Shown here one piece after another: positions 26,969-35,633 of a DNA stretch of 64,000 nt. The DNA lies in NCBI GenBank assembly GCA_965232515.1, contig CBDDPY010000002.1, positions 2,656,001-2,720,000 on the forward strand, in the 5' to 3' direction. Made by a program: the position numbers and the translations under genes. The DNA is from Alphaproteobacteria bacterium (GTDB lineage: Bacteria > Pseudomonadota > Alphaproteobacteria > GCA-2731375). The notes below the pieces were generated by a model. The model searched no databases. It saw only the letters and a program-made list of their open reading frames with translations, and was not told where the DNA came from. Positions within the stretch are counted from its first letter, which is position 1. The number at the start of each line of letters is the position of its first letter.

Positions 26969-27700
26969 TTACGCCGTCTGACGATCGCGTTCGTTTCGCC
27001 GTTTGCACCAGCCCGCGAAGCCCAGTGCCGCGAGCCCGGCGGTGAAGAGCGGCAGGCTGGCCGGCGCCGGCACGGCAACCGCGTCCGTGGCCTCGCTGAA
27101 GATGTACGACAGTGTCGCGGTGCCATTGAACTCGTTCCGGTCCAACACCACGCCCAAAGGACTTGTCGTGCTGAAGAAGCCGGAGAAAGCTTCGAACTCG
27201 AAGGACATCGGACCAGCGAGGAACTGCGACGTATCGGCGAAAATACCTTCAGTATCTGGGACTTCATGGGCCTCAACGGTAAACCCGCCGCCCACGGGGG
27301 ACAGCGCCCCCATGGCCGTGCTGCCGAGCGGCAGCTGCTCGAACAAACGCTCGCCGACAAGGGTAAACGGCTCGAGTGGGCCATCTATGCGAAGAAGCAG
27401 CTGCGTCAACGCCGAGATACCGTTGCAGGTTCCAACGACGGTTGGCCCGGTACAGGTCAATGTGCCGGAAAAGGCCGCAAAGCCCTCGAGCAGAAGCTCG
27501 ACGCGCTCCAATGTGCCCAACGTCGGATCGAAGGCTGCGAAGGTGACGTTCGTCGATATTCTGGCGTCCGCCGGCCCGGTGATCGAGGCGAAGGAGAGCG
27601 CGCGGAAATCACGGCTTTGCGTGATGATCGTCGCGTCGGCCGCATGCGGCGCCGCCGTCAGGGCGGCGAGGACGAAGCCTAAGGAAAGCAGACGTTTCAT
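26969..27700 (-). CDS. PEP-CTERM-variant (VPAP) surface protein with choice-of-anchor-E-like N-terminus
   Basis: Signal peptide; FDPTLGTLERVELLL motif; C-terminus VPAPASLPLFTAGLAALGFAGWCKRR. Confidence 0.82.
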   Translation of the reverse strand: MKRLLSLGFVLAALTAAPHAADATIITQSRDFRALSFASITGPADARISTNVTFAAFDPTLGTLERVELLLEGFAAFSGTLTCTGPTVVGTCNGISALTQLLLRIDGPLEPFTLVGERLFEQLPLGSTAMGALSPVGGGFTVEAHEVPDTEGIFADTSQFLAGPMSFEFEAFSGFFSTTSPLGVVLDRNEFNGTATLSYIFSEATDAVAVPAPASLPLFTAGLAALGFAGWCKRRNERDRQTA

Positions 27701-27975
27701 GACAATAGCCCCTGGCGCAAACGTTTCCGATGGACGCACTTTCTGAGCCTTGCGGCCCAGATCTCCTCAGCGTGACCGGCCAGTTGGAATGGCGTCGCTG
27801 CCCGCTCCCAGAGATGGGGCGATGGGGTCCGGGGAAGCAATCTGGCAAATTCTTATAGGGCCTATACGGAACTTAGGGTGCCCGAGGAATTCGACGGGGC
27901 GTCGGCTTTGCGCGAGCGGCGTACGGGCCTCGAAAGTGTCGGCCAACATGATCGAATGCGGCAGCGCGTCTACCA

Positions 27976-28115
27976 GCCCTCACCCTCCCACGAGCTGACG
28001 CTCGCGGGTCCCTCCGTTGGACATACATGTCCAACCCCGCAAGCGGGAGAGGGGTTACAAACCGCAGTGGTGCCGGCCCCCTCTCCCGCTTGCGGGAGAG
28101 GGTTGGGGTGAGGGC
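27976..28115. repeat. 140-bp composite REP-like element, copy 1 (CCCTCACCC/CCCGCAAGCGGGAGAGGG family)
   Basis: Terminal inverted arms GCCCTCACCC...GGGTGAGGGC; near-identical direct copy at 30145-30286. Confidence 0.9.
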
Positions 28116-28132
28116 TGATGGGGCCCGGCGCC

Positions 28133-30037
28133 CTACTCCGCCTTGCGGGCGTAGCCGACGTCTTTGAGGGCCACCTCGATCTCGCCGAGGATGGCGGGGT
28201 CGTCGATGGTGGCGGGCGTATTGTAGGTCTGGCCGTCGGCGATGGCGCGCATGGTGCCGCGCAAGATCTTGCCCGAGCGGGTCTTCGGCAGGCGCTGGAC
28301 GACGGTGCAGGTCTTGAAGGCGGCGACCGGGCCGATGCGTTCGCGTACCAACTGGACACACTCGCGCGCGATCTCGTCGTGGCCGCGGTCGACGCCTGAT
28401 TTCAGCACGATCATGCCGACCGGCACCTGGCCCTTGAGCTGGTCGGCGACGCCCATGACGGCGCATTCGGCGACGTCGGGATGGGCGGCCAGCACTTCCT
28501 CCATGCCGCCGGTCGAGAGCCGGTGGCCGGCGACGTTGATGATGTCGTCGGTGCGGCTCATGATGTAGAGGTAACCGTCCGCGTCCTGGTAACCGGCGTC
28601 CGCCGTCTTGTAGTGGCCGGGGAACTCGCTGAGATAGCTTTCGACGAAACGGTCGTCGTTCTGCCACAGCGTCGGCAGGCAGCCAGGCGGCAGCGGCAGC
28701 TTGACGACGATGGCGCCGGTCTCGCCGCGCGGCACCTCATTACATTGCGCGTCGACGATGCGCACGTCGTAGCCGGGCACGGCTTTCGTGGGCGAGCCGT
28801 ACTTCACCGGGAGCTGGCCCAGGCCGACGCAATTGGCGGCGATCGACCAGCCGGTCTCGGTCTGCCACCAATGGTCCAGCACCGGCTTCTGCAGCATGCG
28901 CTCGGCCCATTGAATGGTGTCGGGATCGGCCCGCTCGCCGGCGAGGAACAGCGTGCGGAAGGCCGAGAGGTCGTATTTCTTCAGGAGTTCGCCGTCGGGG
29001 TCTTCCTTCTTGATGGCGCGGAAGGCGGTGGGCGCGGTGAACAATGCCGCCACTTCATGCTGCTCGATCACGCGCCAGAACACGCCGGCGTCGGGCGTGC
29101 CGACGGGCTTGCCCTCGAACAGCACCGTAGTGTTGCCGTGGAACAGCGGTGCGTAGACGATGTAGGAGTGGCCGACGACCCAGCCGACGTCGGAGGCGGC
29201 CCAGTAGACCTCGCCCCGATCGACGCCGTAGATGTTTTTCATCGACCAGTTCAGCGCGACCAGGTGGCCGCCGTTGTCGCGCACGACGCCCTTGGGCACG
29301 CCGGTTGTGCCCGAGGTGTAGAGGACGTAGAGCGGGTCGGTGGCGGCGACCGGCACGACGTCGGCCGGCTGCGCCGCGGCCATCAATTCGTGCCAGTCAT
29401 GGTCGCGGCCCGGCGTCAGTTCGGCCTGTTCCATTTCGCGTTGGAGCACGATGCAGGCGTCGGGCTTGTGGCGAGCGATTTCGATGGCGCCGTTCAGGAG
29501 CGGCATGTAGGCGACGACGCGGCCCGGCTCGACGCCGCAGGAGGCGGTGACGATCAGCTTCGGCTTGGCGTCGTCGATGCGGGTCGCCAGCTCCTTCGCG
29601 GCGAAGCCGCCGAAGACGACGGAATGAATGGCGCCGATGCGCGCGCAGGCGAGCATGGCGACCGCCGTCTCGGGCACCATCGGCATGTAGATGATGACGC
29701 GGTCGCCCTTTTCGACGCCGAGGCTTTTCAGCATGCCGGCGCAGCGCGCGGTTTCGGCTTGCAGCTCGGCGAAGCTGAGTGTGCGCAGCGCGCCGGTGAT
29801 CGGTGAATCGTAAATGATCGCCGCTTGGTCGCCCCGGCCGGCCTCGACGTGGCGGTCGACGGCGTTGTAGCAGGTGTTGGTCTCGGCACCGGCGAACCAG
29901 CGGTAGAACGGCGGGTTGCCGTCGTCGAGCACACGGTCCCAGCGCTTGAACCAGTGCACGTTCTCGGCCGCCTCGGCCCAGAAGGCCTGCGGGTCGCGCT
30001 GCCAGTCGCCGTAGACCGCGTCGTACCGGCTGCTCAT
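28133..30037 (-). CDS. prpE: Propionyl-CoA synthetase (acetate/propionate-CoA ligase)
   Basis: YTSGTTGVPKGVVRDNGG, WAASDVGWVVGHSYIVYAPL, DHWWQTETG, LPKTRSGKILR. Confidence 0.88.
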   Translation of the reverse strand: MSSRYDAVYGDWQRDPQAFWAEAAENVHWFKRWDRVLDDGNPPFYRWFAGAETNTCYNAVDRHVEAGRGDQAAIIYDSPITGALRTLSFAELQAETARCAGMLKSLGVEKGDRVIIYMPMVPETAVAMLACARIGAIHSVVFGGFAAKELATRIDDAKPKLIVTASCGVEPGRVVAYMPLLNGAIEIARHKPDACIVLQREMEQAELTPGRDHDWHELMAAAQPADVVPVAATDPLYVLYTSGTTGVPKGVVRDNGGHLVALNWSMKNIYGVDRGEVYWAASDVGWVVGHSYIVYAPLFHGNTTVLFEGKPVGTPDAGVFWRVIEQHEVAALFTAPTAFRAIKKEDPDGELLKKYDLSAFRTLFLAGERADPDTIQWAERMLQKPVLDHWWQTETGWSIAANCVGLGQLPVKYGSPTKAVPGYDVRIVDAQCNEVPRGETGAIVVKLPLPPGCLPTLWQNDDRFVESYLSEFPGHYKTADAGYQDADGYLYIMSRTDDIINVAGHRLSTGGMEEVLAAHPDVAECAVMGVADQLKGQVPVGMIVLKSGVDRGHDEIARECVQLVRERIGPVAAFKTCTVVQRLPKTRSGKILRGTMRAIADGQTYNTPATIDDPAILGEIEVALKDVGYARKAE

Positions 30038-30144
30038 GGCGCCGTCCCTCCCGTTATTTGATCTTCCCGTTGCCTCATCTTTAGCATCGCATCCTTTGGC
30101 GTAGAACCACAGAGCGCAGGACACCGCACGAACGTTTGCCACGA

Positions 30145-30286
30145 GCCCTCACCCTCCCAACCAGCTGACGCTGGTCGGGTCCCTCCGTTGGACGTATACG
30201 TCCAACCCCGCAAGCGGGAGAGGGGTTACAAACCGCAGCGGTAGCGGCCCCCTCTCCCGCCTGCGGGAGAGGGTTGGGGTGAGGGC
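30145..30286. repeat. 142-bp composite REP-like element, copy 2
   Basis: Direct copy of 27976-28115 with compensatory changes. Confidence 0.9.
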
Positions 30287-30327
30287 ATGTAGCATTGTCG
30301 GCGAGACGATGCCGCGGGGTCAGGAGG

Positions 30328-30822
30328 ATGGCGATGGTGGAGATCGAGATCAGGGCGGCTGGCCCGGACAATCTGGACGATCTGACCGACATGGTTCAGG
30401 CGCTGCATCGGCACTATGGCCGGCACGCGGGGCTGGCGCGGGCGGCATTGCGGGCGGAACTGACGGCGAACGGGCCGGACGGCACCGGGCTCTACGACTG
30501 CCTGATCGCCTATCGCGACGGCGTGCCGGCGGGTCTTGCGATGTTCTCGCGTGTCTGGGATCCGGGGCTGCTGGCCGTCGGCTGGTACATCCGGGACGTC
30601 TATGTGCGGCCGGAAGCGCGGCGGCAGGGCGTGGCGCGCAAGCTGTTCGAAGGCGTCGCGCGCGCGGCGCGGGAGCGCGGCATCGTGCGGCTCGACTGGC
30701 ATACGGACGCCGGCAACGCGCCGGCGGTGGCGCTTTACGATTCATTCGACGGCGCGCGGCAGAACCGCGTCGCCTACCGGCTGATCGGCGACGACATCGG
30801 CACGCTCGCCGACGGCGCGTGA
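30328..30822 (+). CDS. GNAT family N-acetyltransferase
   Basis: IRDVYVRPEARRQGVARKL (motif A), NAPAVALY; SD AGGAGG. Confidence 0.9.
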   Translation: MAMVEIEIRAAGPDNLDDLTDMVQALHRHYGRHAGLARAALRAELTANGPDGTGLYDCLIAYRDGVPAGLAMFSRVWDPGLLAVGWYIRDVYVRPEARRQGVARKLFEGVARAARERGIVRLDWHTDAGNAPAVALYDSFDGARQNRVAYRLIGDDIGTLADGA

Positions 30823-30858
30823 TATGCTGACGACAAAGCCGGTGATGGGAGGGAAACG

Positions 30859-31854
30859 ATGAACCTGGTGCAGTTCCTGGACGCGGGCGGCGCGCGGCGT
30901 GTCGGCGCGGTCGATGCCGACGGCGCGCGGCTGAACCTGCTGGAGGAGACGGCGAGCACTTACGCGCTGGCGAAGGACGCGATCGCGGCGAAGACGCCGA
31001 TCGCCGAGCTGGCGAACGCCCGCATCGGCAGCACGACGGCGGACTATGCCGCGATCATCGCCGAGAAGCGGCTGCTGCCGCCGCTCGACCATCCGGATCC
31101 GGCGCATTGTCTCGTCACCGGGACCGGGCTCAGCCATCTTGGCAGCGCGGAAGCGCGCCACAACCTGCACGCCAAGATGGACGGCGACGCGGACGACCTC
31201 ACGGACTCGATGAAGATGTTCAAGTCGGGCCTGGAAGGCGGCAAGCCGGCCAAGGGCGCCTACGGCGCGCAGCCCGAATGGTTCTTCAAGGGCGATGGCG
31301 GCTGCCTGGCGCCGCCGGAGCAGGCGCTCGCCATGCCGGCTTTCGCGCTCGACGGCGGCGAGGAGCCGGAGCTTGCCGGGCTCTACGTGATCGGGCCGGA
31401 CGGCCAGCCCTACCGCGTCGGCTTCGCGCTCGGCAACGAGTTCTCGGACCATGTGCTCGAGAAGCAGAACTATCTGCTGCTGGCGCACTCGAAGCTGCGC
31501 GCGTGTGCCATCGGTCCGGAGCTGCGCACCGGCGCGCCGCCCGACGACGTGCGCGGCGTCTCGCGCGTGCGCCGCGGCAACGAGGTCATCTTCGAGAAGC
31601 CGTTCCTGTCCGGCGAGGCGAACATGTCGCACTCGATCGACAATCTCGAGCGGCATCACTTCAAGTACGCCATGTTCCGGCGGCCGGGCGACGTGCACGT
31701 GCATTTCTTCGGCACCGCCACGGTCAGCTTCGCCGACGGCCTGGAGACGCAGCCGGGCGACGTGTTCGAGATCGAGGCCGACGATTTCGGCCAGCCGCTG
31801 CGCAACGCGCTCGCGCGCGAAAGCGATGAAGCGGTGGAGATTCACACGCTGTGA
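30859..31854 (+). CDS. araD1: AraD1/GguC family FAH-superfamily protein (sugar-acid catabolism)
   Basis: [56 protein letters not shown]. Confidence 0.85.
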   Translation: MNLVQFLDAGGARRVGAVDADGARLNLLEETASTYALAKDAIAAKTPIAELANARIGSTTADYAAIIAEKRLLPPLDHPDPAHCLVTGTGLSHLGSAEARHNLHAKMDGDADDLTDSMKMFKSGLEGGKPAKGAYGAQPEWFFKGDGGCLAPPEQALAMPAFALDGGEEPELAGLYVIGPDGQPYRVGFALGNEFSDHVLEKQNYLLLAHSKLRACAIGPELRTGAPPDDVRGVSRVRRGNEVIFEKPFLSGEANMSHSIDNLERHHFKYAMFRRPGDVHVHFFGTATVSFADGLETQPGDVFEIEADDFGQPLRNALARESDEAVEIHTL

Positions 31855-32606
31855 CGGACCAACGCGCGGTTCTGATCACGGGCGCAGCGAGCGGGATCGG
31901 GGCGGCGCTGGCGTGCAAGCTCGCCGGACCGGAGACGGGCTTGCTGCTGCATACGCGCGGCAATGAAGACGGGCTCAGGCGCGTGGCGGCGGACAGTGAG
32001 GCGGCAGGCAGCGCCGTCACGACCATGCTTGGGGACCTGTGCGACCATGCCATGGCGGGCCAGCTCGTCGCGGCGGCACAGGACCGCTTCGGACGGCTCG
32101 ACGCTGTTGTCAACAATGCCGGGTTCCCGGACTGGCGCGGTTTCGGGGAGCTGGACGATGCCGGACTGATGCAGTCGATCGAGGCGATCCAGGGGGCGTT
32201 CTTCCGGCTGGCGACCGCCGCCCTGCCGCTGTTGCAGGCGGCGCCGCACGGACGCGTGATCGGGCTCAGCACGTTCCTGGCGCACGGCTTCCAGCTCGCC
32301 AGCAAGATGACGCCGGCGTCAGCCACGGCCAAGGCCGGCATGGAGGCGATGGCGAAGGCGCTCGCCGTGCAGCTGGCGCCGCACGGCGTGACGGTGAATT
32401 GCGTCGTGCCCGGCTACATCCGCAAGGACCAGGAGATCGGCCTCGATCCGAACCGGCCAGAGCGGCAGGCCGATATCGCCCGCATCCCGATGGGCCGCAT
32501 CGGGATGCCGGACGAGGTGGCTGACGTAATCGCCTTCCTGCTGTCGCCGGCGGCGGCGTATGTCACCGGACAATCCATCGCCATCGATGGCGGCCTGACA
32601 TTGTAA
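31851..32606 (+). CDS. SDR family oxidoreductase (atypical catalytic motif)
   Basis: [31 protein letters not shown]; SATAK in place of YxxxK. Confidence 0.88.
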   Translation: MTDQRAVLITGAASGIGAALACKLAGPETGLLLHTRGNEDGLRRVAADSEAAGSAVTTMLGDLCDHAMAGQLVAAAQDRFGRLDAVVNNAGFPDWRGFGELDDAGLMQSIEAIQGAFFRLATAALPLLQAAPHGRVIGLSTFLAHGFQLASKMTPASATAKAGMEAMAKALAVQLAPHGVTVNCVVPGYIRKDQEIGLDPNRPERQADIARIPMGRIGMPDEVADVIAFLLSPAAAYVTGQSIAIDGGLTL

Positions 32607-32678
32607 ATCGCGATACTGACATCTCCCGCGGCGACACTATGTATGCGAGGATACGCGTGTCGTCGGAGGGTCGCGGAG

Positions 32679-32984
32679 ATGACGCAAGCTAAAACAATCA
32701 TTGCCTTTGACGAGGGCCGGCTGCCGCCCGCCGGCACCTATGCCTTCGAGCTGGACCTGACCGGCGAGAATGGCTGCGCCATGGTCGAAACCCTTGTCTG
32801 GCTGGTCGGGTCGCTGAAGAGCCCCTTCGAGGTCTGGGCCGGACAGGCGCAGGTTTCGCCCGACGAACTGGCCGACAACTATACGAAACTGACCGTCTGG
32901 ACCTCCGACCGCGATAACGCGGACTTCCTGATGCTGATGCATGAGCTGGGCGTCGACGTCGTGCGGGCGTTCCCCGACGAATAG
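32679..32984 (+). CDS. Hypothetical protein (101 aa, acidic)
   Basis: GGAG before ATG; host-like codon usage; no family recognised. Confidence 0.6.
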   Translation: MTQAKTIIAFDEGRLPPAGTYAFELDLTGENGCAMVETLVWLVGSLKSPFEVWAGQAQVSPDELADNYTKLTVWTSDRDNADFLMLMHELGVDVVRAFPDE

Positions 32985-33127
32985 CCGCGCCTGACGACGC
33001 TGGCGCACCGGCCCGCTCGCGCCTATCCTTGATGGTTCGAGAACAAAGACCATCCTGAGGAAACGCCAGCCATGCGGCAGTGCCTGGGCAGACGCCCGGA
33101 CAGCGGGCTTCGCTCGGGCGCGGCGCC

Positions 33128-34351
33128 GTGACGGCGGCCCAACCGCGCACCTCGAGCGGCGCGCTCGAGCTGTTGGCCGACCGGGCCTTCCGTCAGGTCT
33201 GGCTGGCCGGCGCACTGCTGGGCACCCAGCGCTGGCTGGAGATGCTGGCGATCGGCGTCTATGTCTTCGACCGCACCGGCTCGCCGTTCCAGGTGGCGCT
33301 GATGACGATGCTGCGCATCCTGCCGATGGCGCTGCTCAGCGCCTTCGCCGGCGCCATTGCCGACCGGGTCAGCCGCCGGCTGCTGCTGCAGGTCGTCATC
33401 GTCGGCATGACGGCGGTGAGCGGCGGCCTCGGCCTGCTGGCGCTGACCGGCGCCATCGAGCTCTGGCACATCGCGCTCGGCGCGCTGCTGGGCGGCGTGT
33501 TCTGGGCCACGGACCTGCCGGTGCGGCGCACGCTGTTGGGCGAGATCGCCGGCAGCGACCGGCTGGGCGCCGGCATGGGACTCGACGCGGCGACCAACAA
33601 CGCGACACGCATGCTGGGGCCGGTGCTGGGCGGATTCCTGTTGCAACTGATCGGCCTGGACGGCAGCTTCTTCGTCGGCGCCGCCCTGTTCGCCGTCAGC
33701 TTCCTGCTGCTGGCGCGCGTCGACTTCGCCGAGACGCATGCCGGCGGCATCGGCCGCAACGTGCTGCGCAACATCCTCGAGGGCCTGCAGTATCTGCGCA
33801 CCGACCGGGCGTTGGTCGGCACGCTGGCGGTCACCGTGATCTTCAATATCTGGGGCTTTCCCTTCACCTCGATGGTGCCGGTGATCGGCCGCGACATCAT
33901 GGGCCTGGAGGCGGGCGCCGTCGGCCTGCTGATGAGCGCCGAGGGCGCAGGCGCGCTGATCGGCGCGCTGGTGATCGCCTTCCGGGCCCGGCAGGCCCAC
34001 TACCGGCGGATCTATTTCTACGGCACCTTTGCCTTCCTGGCCCTGGTGCTGGTGTTCGGCGCGACCGGCATGCCGGCGGTCTCGGCGACGGTGCTGCTGT
34101 CGATCGGCGTCGCCGGCGCCTGCTTCTCGTCGATGCAGAGCACCATCACGCTGCTGTCGGCGCCGCCGGCGATCCGCGGCCGGATCATGGGCGTGGTCTC
34201 GGTCTGCATCGGCACCGGCGTGCTGGGCTTCCTCTATATCGGCATGCTGGCGGACTGGCTCGGCGCGCCGCTGGCGGTGATGCTGACCGCGGCCCAGGGC
34301 CTCGCCGCCATGGTTCTGGTCGGCCTGATCTGGCCGGAACTGCGGCGCTGA
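33128..34351 (+). CDS. MFS transporter (MFS_3/EntS-like)
   Basis: GAIADRVSRR, DLPVRR, RMLGP..GG, RGRIMG; start approximate (GTG 33128). Confidence 0.9.
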   Translation: MTAAQPRTSSGALELLADRAFRQVWLAGALLGTQRWLEMLAIGVYVFDRTGSPFQVALMTMLRILPMALLSAFAGAIADRVSRRLLLQVVIVGMTAVSGGLGLLALTGAIELWHIALGALLGGVFWATDLPVRRTLLGEIAGSDRLGAGMGLDAATNNATRMLGPVLGGFLLQLIGLDGSFFVGAALFAVSFLLLARVDFAETHAGGIGRNVLRNILEGLQYLRTDRALVGTLAVTVIFNIWGFPFTSMVPVIGRDIMGLEAGAVGLLMSAEGAGALIGALVIAFRARQAHYRRIYFYGTFAFLALVLVFGATGMPAVSATVLLSIGVAGACFSSMQSTITLLSAPPAIRGRIMGVVSVCIGTGVLGFLYIGMLADWLGAPLAVMLTAAQGLAAMVLVGLIWPELRR

Positions 34352-34392
34352 CCGTCGTCAATCTGATGCGAGCGGCACGCGCCGGATTCTCG

Positions 34393-34475
34393 CCACCAAA
34401 ACGCCTAGACACCAAGATCACGCGGATTGGCCGGTGATCGCGCCGTCTGATCTTGGTGTCTTGGCGTCTTGGTGG
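34393..34475. repeat. Palindromic repeat with 9-nt periodic arms (CCAAGACAC), copy upstream of usp
   Basis: Arms 34393-34420 and 34448-34475 complementary at 26/28. Confidence 0.85.
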
Positions 34476-34653
34476 TTAAGGAATTTGGGCGCTGCGCGCG
34501 CTCAGACGCTTGCGGAATGGTTAATGGCCCGGCGATTGGGGGAGACCGAAGCGGTTGATCTTGCTAGACTCTCCAGCAGGGGCAATGAGCTCGGACGGGG
34601 GTGCCGACGCGTTTCACCGGCCGCCCGTTCGGGTCGATAGGGGGAGATGCGTA

Positions 34654-35496
34654 ATGAAGACGATTCTCCTGCCGTTCCACGACGACGACGCGGCCGAGGC
34701 CGCCCTGGCGACGGCGCATCTCGTGGCGACACGCTTCGGCAGTTATCTGGAAGGCCTGCTGGTCCGGCGCACGCCTGTTATCGTCGCCGGCGAAGGCATC
34801 GCCCTGCCGGCGGAGTCGCTGACCCAGCTCGCCTCCGACGAGGACCGCATCGCCGAGGCCGGACGGCGCTTCACCAAATTCACCGACGCCAAGGGCATTC
34901 CCTACCGCGAGGTCACCTTCACCCGCGAGAAGGTGACGGCCGGCTGGCGCGATGTCGAGGGCCAGGAAGGCGAGATCGTCGGCGAATACGGCCGCCTGTT
35001 CGACCTGGTCGTGATCGCCCGCATCGGACCGCGCGGCGGCGCCGACTGGCAGGCGACCTGCGAGGCGGCCTTGTTCGAGAGCGGCCGGCCGGTGCTGATC
35101 GCGCCGACCGCGGCGCCGCAGGGTCTGGGCGACACCGTGGTGATCGCCTGGAACGGCAGCACCGAGACGGCCCGCGCCGTGGCGCTCGGCATGCCGTTCC
35201 TGAGCCAAGCCGTCTCCGTGCTGGTGCTGACCGTTGAGAACGGCACGGTGCCGGGACCGAGCGGCGAGCAGATGGCGAACCATCTGGTCCGCAACGGCAT
35301 CAACGCCACGGCGCGCACGATTTCTCCGGGCGACCTGTCCGTCGGCGAGGCCGTGCTGGCGGAAGCGAAAAATGTCGGCGCCGATCTGCTGATCAAGGGC
35401 GCCTATACGCAGCACCGGCTGCGGCAGATGATCTTCGGCGGCGCCACCCGCCACATCCTCACCCACGCCGAGCTGCCCGTGCTCATGGCGCATTAA
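34654..35496 (+). CDS. Universal stress protein (tandem USP domains)
   Basis: DLVVI, ALFESGRPVLI, IAWNGSTETARAV, DLLIKGAY..RLRQMIFGGATRHIL..AELPVLMAH. Confidence 0.93.
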   Translation: MKTILLPFHDDDAAEAALATAHLVATRFGSYLEGLLVRRTPVIVAGEGIALPAESLTQLASDEDRIAEAGRRFTKFTDAKGIPYREVTFTREKVTAGWRDVEGQEGEIVGEYGRLFDLVVIARIGPRGGADWQATCEAALFESGRPVLIAPTAAPQGLGDTVVIAWNGSTETARAVALGMPFLSQAVSVLVLTVENGTVPGPSGEQMANHLVRNGINATARTISPGDLSVGEAVLAEAKNVGADLLIKGAYTQHRLRQMIFGGATRHILTHAELPVLMAH

Positions 35497-35507
35497 CAAA
35501 CCGGTTT

Positions 35508-35599
35508 TTCACCACAAAGAAGCCAAGACACCAAGATCACGCTGAACATCTGGCGATCGAGACGTCTGGATCTTGGTGTCTTTGCGTCTTTGCGGTGAA
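35508..35599. repeat. Palindromic repeat, copy downstream of usp
   Basis: Arms 35508-35538 and 35569-35599 complementary at 28/31; spacer homologous to the 34393 copy. Confidence 0.85.
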
Positions 35600-35633
35600 T
35601 CCTGGAGCGCTGCGCGCTCCAAAATCACCAGCG

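Noticed and set aside
30106-30126. AACCACAGAGCGCAGGACACC, similar to the left arm of the 17087 repeat
   Set aside because: No matching right arm; too short to call
34553-34568. FNR box upstream of usp (TTGATCTTGCTAGA)
   Set aside because: Only the left half-site matches
27976-35599. CRISPR array or IS element explanation for the repeats
   Set aside because: No regularly spaced repeat-spacer array, no cas or transposase genes, and no target-site duplications seen
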